DNA of 64,000 bases, taken from an uncultured bacterium. GTDB taxonomy: Bacteria; Patescibacteriota; Minisyncoccia; Phycocordibacterales; DATDWN01. The stretch covers positions 12,632 through 76,631 of the forward strand of contig CAVSGX010000006.1 of NCBI GenBank assembly GCA_963727715.1, written 5' to 3'. Positions within the stretch are counted from its first letter, which is position 1. Every line of letters begins with the position of its first letter. A model generated the notes under the pieces. That model was given only the letters and a program-made list of their open reading frames with translations, was not told where the DNA came from and did not search any database. Positions 60,799 through 64,000 of this stretch are shown here, piece by piece. The translations under genes and the position numbers were made by a program.

Positions 60799-61945
60799 TC
60801 ATCGTGTTTTAATCGCGTTAAGTTGCGGGGGCGGGTTTCCAGGCGTCGGCTTCGAGTTCGAAGAGGAGGTCGTCGCGGCAGATGCCGCAGCGGGCGGAGA
60901 CGGCGGGAAGGGAACGGAGGTCGCGGGCGGCACACCAGGCGGGGAATTCGGACTGGCCGGCGGGGTCCTTGAAGTAGGCGGTTGCGCGGGTGATGTCGGC
61001 AAAATCAAAGCCGCGGAGGCGAGGATGACTTCAATGACTTCCATTGTAGTCTGGATTTGCCGGCTCAGGTTGCCGAGCCATAGTGTCTGGCCCCCGGGCG
61101 CAACGCTGGCGGTGCCGGAGATCAAGAGGCGGCGGCCATGCAGGGAGGAGATTTCCATGGCGCGGCTGAAGGAGCTGCCGTAGGCGGTGGCCGGACATTG
61201 CAAGGGGGAGTGGACTTGGGCGATCTGCACGGTGGAGTTGAGGGGTTGAAGCGCCCAAGCGCCGGCGACCAGGGCGGCGCCGGCAGGGTTCTTTGCTGAA
61301 ATGCCGGTGCTGGCGGGCAGGGAGCCGCCGCGGAATTTGACGCGGGAGTAGGCCTCGGTTCTGGCCTGGTTGAAGGGGCCGTACGAAGAGAGGAGGTCGT
61401 CGAGGTAAAAACCAGGTGCGCACGACGTCGCCGAGGGAGAAGTTGGCTCGGGCGAGGGCTGTTTCCAAGTTGGCCAGGGTTTGGCGGAATTGGTCGGGGC
61501 GGGAGGCGGACCCAGGCTGCGGCCCCAAGCCGCCGAGCAGGCAATATCGAATGGCGCCGTCTTCAAAGACGGAACCGACAACGCGGCCGTTGAGGGTGAC
61601 GGGGTGAACGCGGCCGGCGGTGAAAGCGAAGGCCTGCAATCCGGCGATTGGCTCGTTGTTGCAGGCCGCGCCTTCGACCCAGGTGACTGGCCAGTCAATT
61701 TTTCCGAAGACCCGGCGCATGGCATCTTCGGCGGCCGGCCAGGCGCTGAGTGAACCGAAGGCCATCAATTTGACGAGCGTCGAGGAGGAGTCTTTCAAGG
61801 CGAGGGCGAGCCGGCTGAACATTTGGATAATCCCTTCGCCAGGCAGGGGCTTGACTGTGAAACAGAATTCCGAGCCGCGGGACAGATTGCCGACGGCGGT
61901 TTTTGGACCTGTGATGGAAGCAGGCTTGAGGGATGGGATAATAAG
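60799..61945 (-). CDS. Rid/chorismatase-like (YjgF-fold) protein, frameshifted
   Basis: VVRTWF, FNQAR, LPASTGI, PLQCPATAYGSSFSRA, ISGTAS across frames; start uncertain. Confidence 0.7.
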
Positions 61946-62022
61946 AACGACGGTGGCCTAGACGGCGGCTGTCCGGGAGCGGTTACGAGGGGCGGCGGGT
62001 GCGCGCAGAAGTTGCGCAGGGT

Positions 62023-62137
62023 TGGAGTGGTGGAGTGGTGGAGTGGTGGAGTGGTGGAGTGGTGGAGTGATGGAGTGATGGAGTGGTGGGTGGCTGGACT
62101 TGACCATCTGCCCATTACTCCAATGCTCCAACACTCC
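62023..62137. repeat. 8 x TGGAGTG(G/A) octamer array with a partial inverted counterpart
   Basis: 62023-62086 tandem; 62112-62137 CCATTACTCCAATGCTCCAACACTCC is complementary. Confidence 0.8.
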
Positions 62138-62615
62138 GTTGGGTTTCTGCCGGGAATGGCTTTGCGCGTCATAGAAAAATCATTTGTTGGCTTGATTTAC
62201 CTTGATTTGGCTTGATTTTCAGCCTTCACAGGCTCTGGTTTTTGGGGTGATTTTGAGGGGATCGCGGCGGCTCCCGGAAGAAAGCAGCCTCAAAGAGCGT
62301 TCGGCGGGACGCCGACGGCGGTGATCGGGACGGTCGCGCTCCCAATCCCCAAGCCCCAATCCCCAATGTGCAATGCGCAAACGGTAATGCGGAATGGCGG
62401 GGAAATCCGGCCTTTGAGCCGTTGGCATCCGATATATTGCCTCCTTTCATCACGGGTGAAATAATAGCGGGCAAGCTGGAGTTGTCAACGGGGAAATGAA
62501 AAATATTTTGGGGTGATGATGATAAGGTACTGGCATAGGCAGCGCACAGGGTGGAGAGGTGGGATAATGGGCGGCGCGGCAGCACCGCCCTGCCTGGATT
62601 GCCATATTCGGCATA

Positions 62616-63999
62616 TCAGCCTTTGGATGGCGCGGTCGGCAGGCGGAGGGTGAAGGTGGCGCCGGCGCCGGGCAGGCTGGCGGCTTCGAGGGTGCCGCCG
62701 TGCGCCTCGACAATGGCCTTGGAAATAGCCAGGCCCAGGCCGGTGTGGCCGCCGGTGCCGGAGCGGGCTTTGTCGGCGCGGTAGAATCGCTCGAAGATGC
62801 GGGGCAAGTCCTCTGGGTCAATTCCCGGGCCGGTGTCGCTGACGCTCAAGAAGAGCCCCGTCTCGTTTGCCGCCGGTGATGCGGACCTCGCCGGATTCGC
62901 GGTTGTATTCGATGGCGTTGCTGAGGAGGTTGGTGATGACCTGCCCATGCGTTCGGGGTCGCCGACGCATGGCAAGGGCGGGAGTGCGGAAAGGACTTTC
63001 AGGCGGCGCGCTTCGGCGAGCGGGGCCATCAATTGTTCGCAGTCGCTGACGGTTTGGGACAAGTCGAAGGGGACGCGTTTGAGGGATTCCTGGCCGGCGT
63101 CGAGCCTGGCGAGTTCGAGGAGGGATTCTGTGAGCTTGCGCATTCGTTGTGCAGCGCGGAGGCATGTTTCGACGGTGGCGCGATATTCCGCGGCGCCGCG
63201 CTCGCGGTTGAGGATGGTCTGAGTCTGGGCGAGCATGACGGTGATGGGAGTGCGCAATTCGTGGGCGGCGTCGGAAGTGAATTGTTGTTGCTGTGCGAAG
63301 GCGGCTTCAAGGCGGGCGAAGGTGGAATTAAGAACGGCCGCCAGACGGCCCAGTTCGCTGTCGGTGTCGGCGGCGCTGATGCGCTGGGAAAGGTCGCCGG
63401 CGGCGATTTTGACGGCGGTGGAGCTGATGCCTTCGATGGGCCGGATGGCGCGGGAGGCCACACCACCAACCGCCGGTCAAGCCGAGCAACAGGACGATGC
63501 CGCCGGCGCCGGCCAGTTCCCACGCCAGGAGGCGCAGGCCGGCGAGTTCCTCTGCAAGGGAGCGACCGAGCAGGACGACGCCCCTGCCCGGCGTGGCGCG
63601 GGCAAGTTCGCGGAAGACGCCGCGCATTTGGGGTTCTGGCGGCGGTTGGGCGGCTCCGGCGGCAGCGGCAGCGGCGGCGGCGGCGGCGGGTCCGGCGGTT
63701 GCGGCGGCGACAGCGGCTTTGGTTGCGGCGGCGACAGCGGCGGCTCCGGCGGCGGCGGCGGCGGCAGGATAGGGCACATCGCGCGGCGCGGCTTCGGAGC
63801 GGGCCACTTCCTTGCCGTCCGCAAAGACCACATAGTAAAAAGAATTGGTCTCGCTGCCGAACAGGCCCATCTGGTCAGGTGCGAGATAGAATAGAAATCC
63901 CGGGGTGGGCTGGCCAGGAAATCCCCACTCTCCCGGCGTACCGCCATTGGTAAAATCAGCGCCCCAGATCACCACCACCGCCCCAACCGCCCCAATCAC
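62616..63999 (-). CDS. HAMP sensor histidine kinase (5' partial, frameshifted)
   Basis: GDLSQRI, DAAHELRTP, NLLSNAI (other frame), DTGPGI, FERFYR, GLGLAI. Confidence 0.85.
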
Positions 64000-64000
64000 C

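Overview
Bases ~1-59,400 look like a low-GC Patescibacteria (CPR, Parcubacteria-like) chromosome segment; this is inferred from gene content and architecture. It holds cell-wall genes (asnB-like, mraY, ftsW, murG), gltX, grpE/dnaK, the infA-rpmJ-rpsM-rpsK-rpsD-rpoA-rplQ-rplM-rpsI cluster, alaS, mnmA, mltG, holB, mreB, priA, def and fmt. A tRNA-Asn(GUU) is split by a group I intron carrying an HNH ORF, and a ~7.9 kb serine-recombinase/type III R-M island is integrated at the 3' end of that tRNA. An Fe-S/fermentation/NiFe-hydrogenase-like cluster follows. At ~59,400 the sequence switches mid-gene to higher-GC, frameshift-rich DNA that is probably from another organism. The most unusual signals are: (1) a small inverted-repeat-bounded element, once with a GIY-YIG nuclease and once empty, each flanked by an ATAAAT duplication at a TAA-ATG stop/start junction; (2) an intact, inverted, slightly diverged attP copy inside the island, which would allow a swap of the recombinase C-terminus and inversion of the R-M cassette; (3) a dispersed family of ~170-190 bp structured repeats with clear covariation, plus a related in-frame insertion in mnmA; (4) two expression regimes, leaderless core genes versus stand-alone orphan cassettes with -35/-10, SD and terminator. 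All product calls come from motif recognition by eye; no database searches were run.
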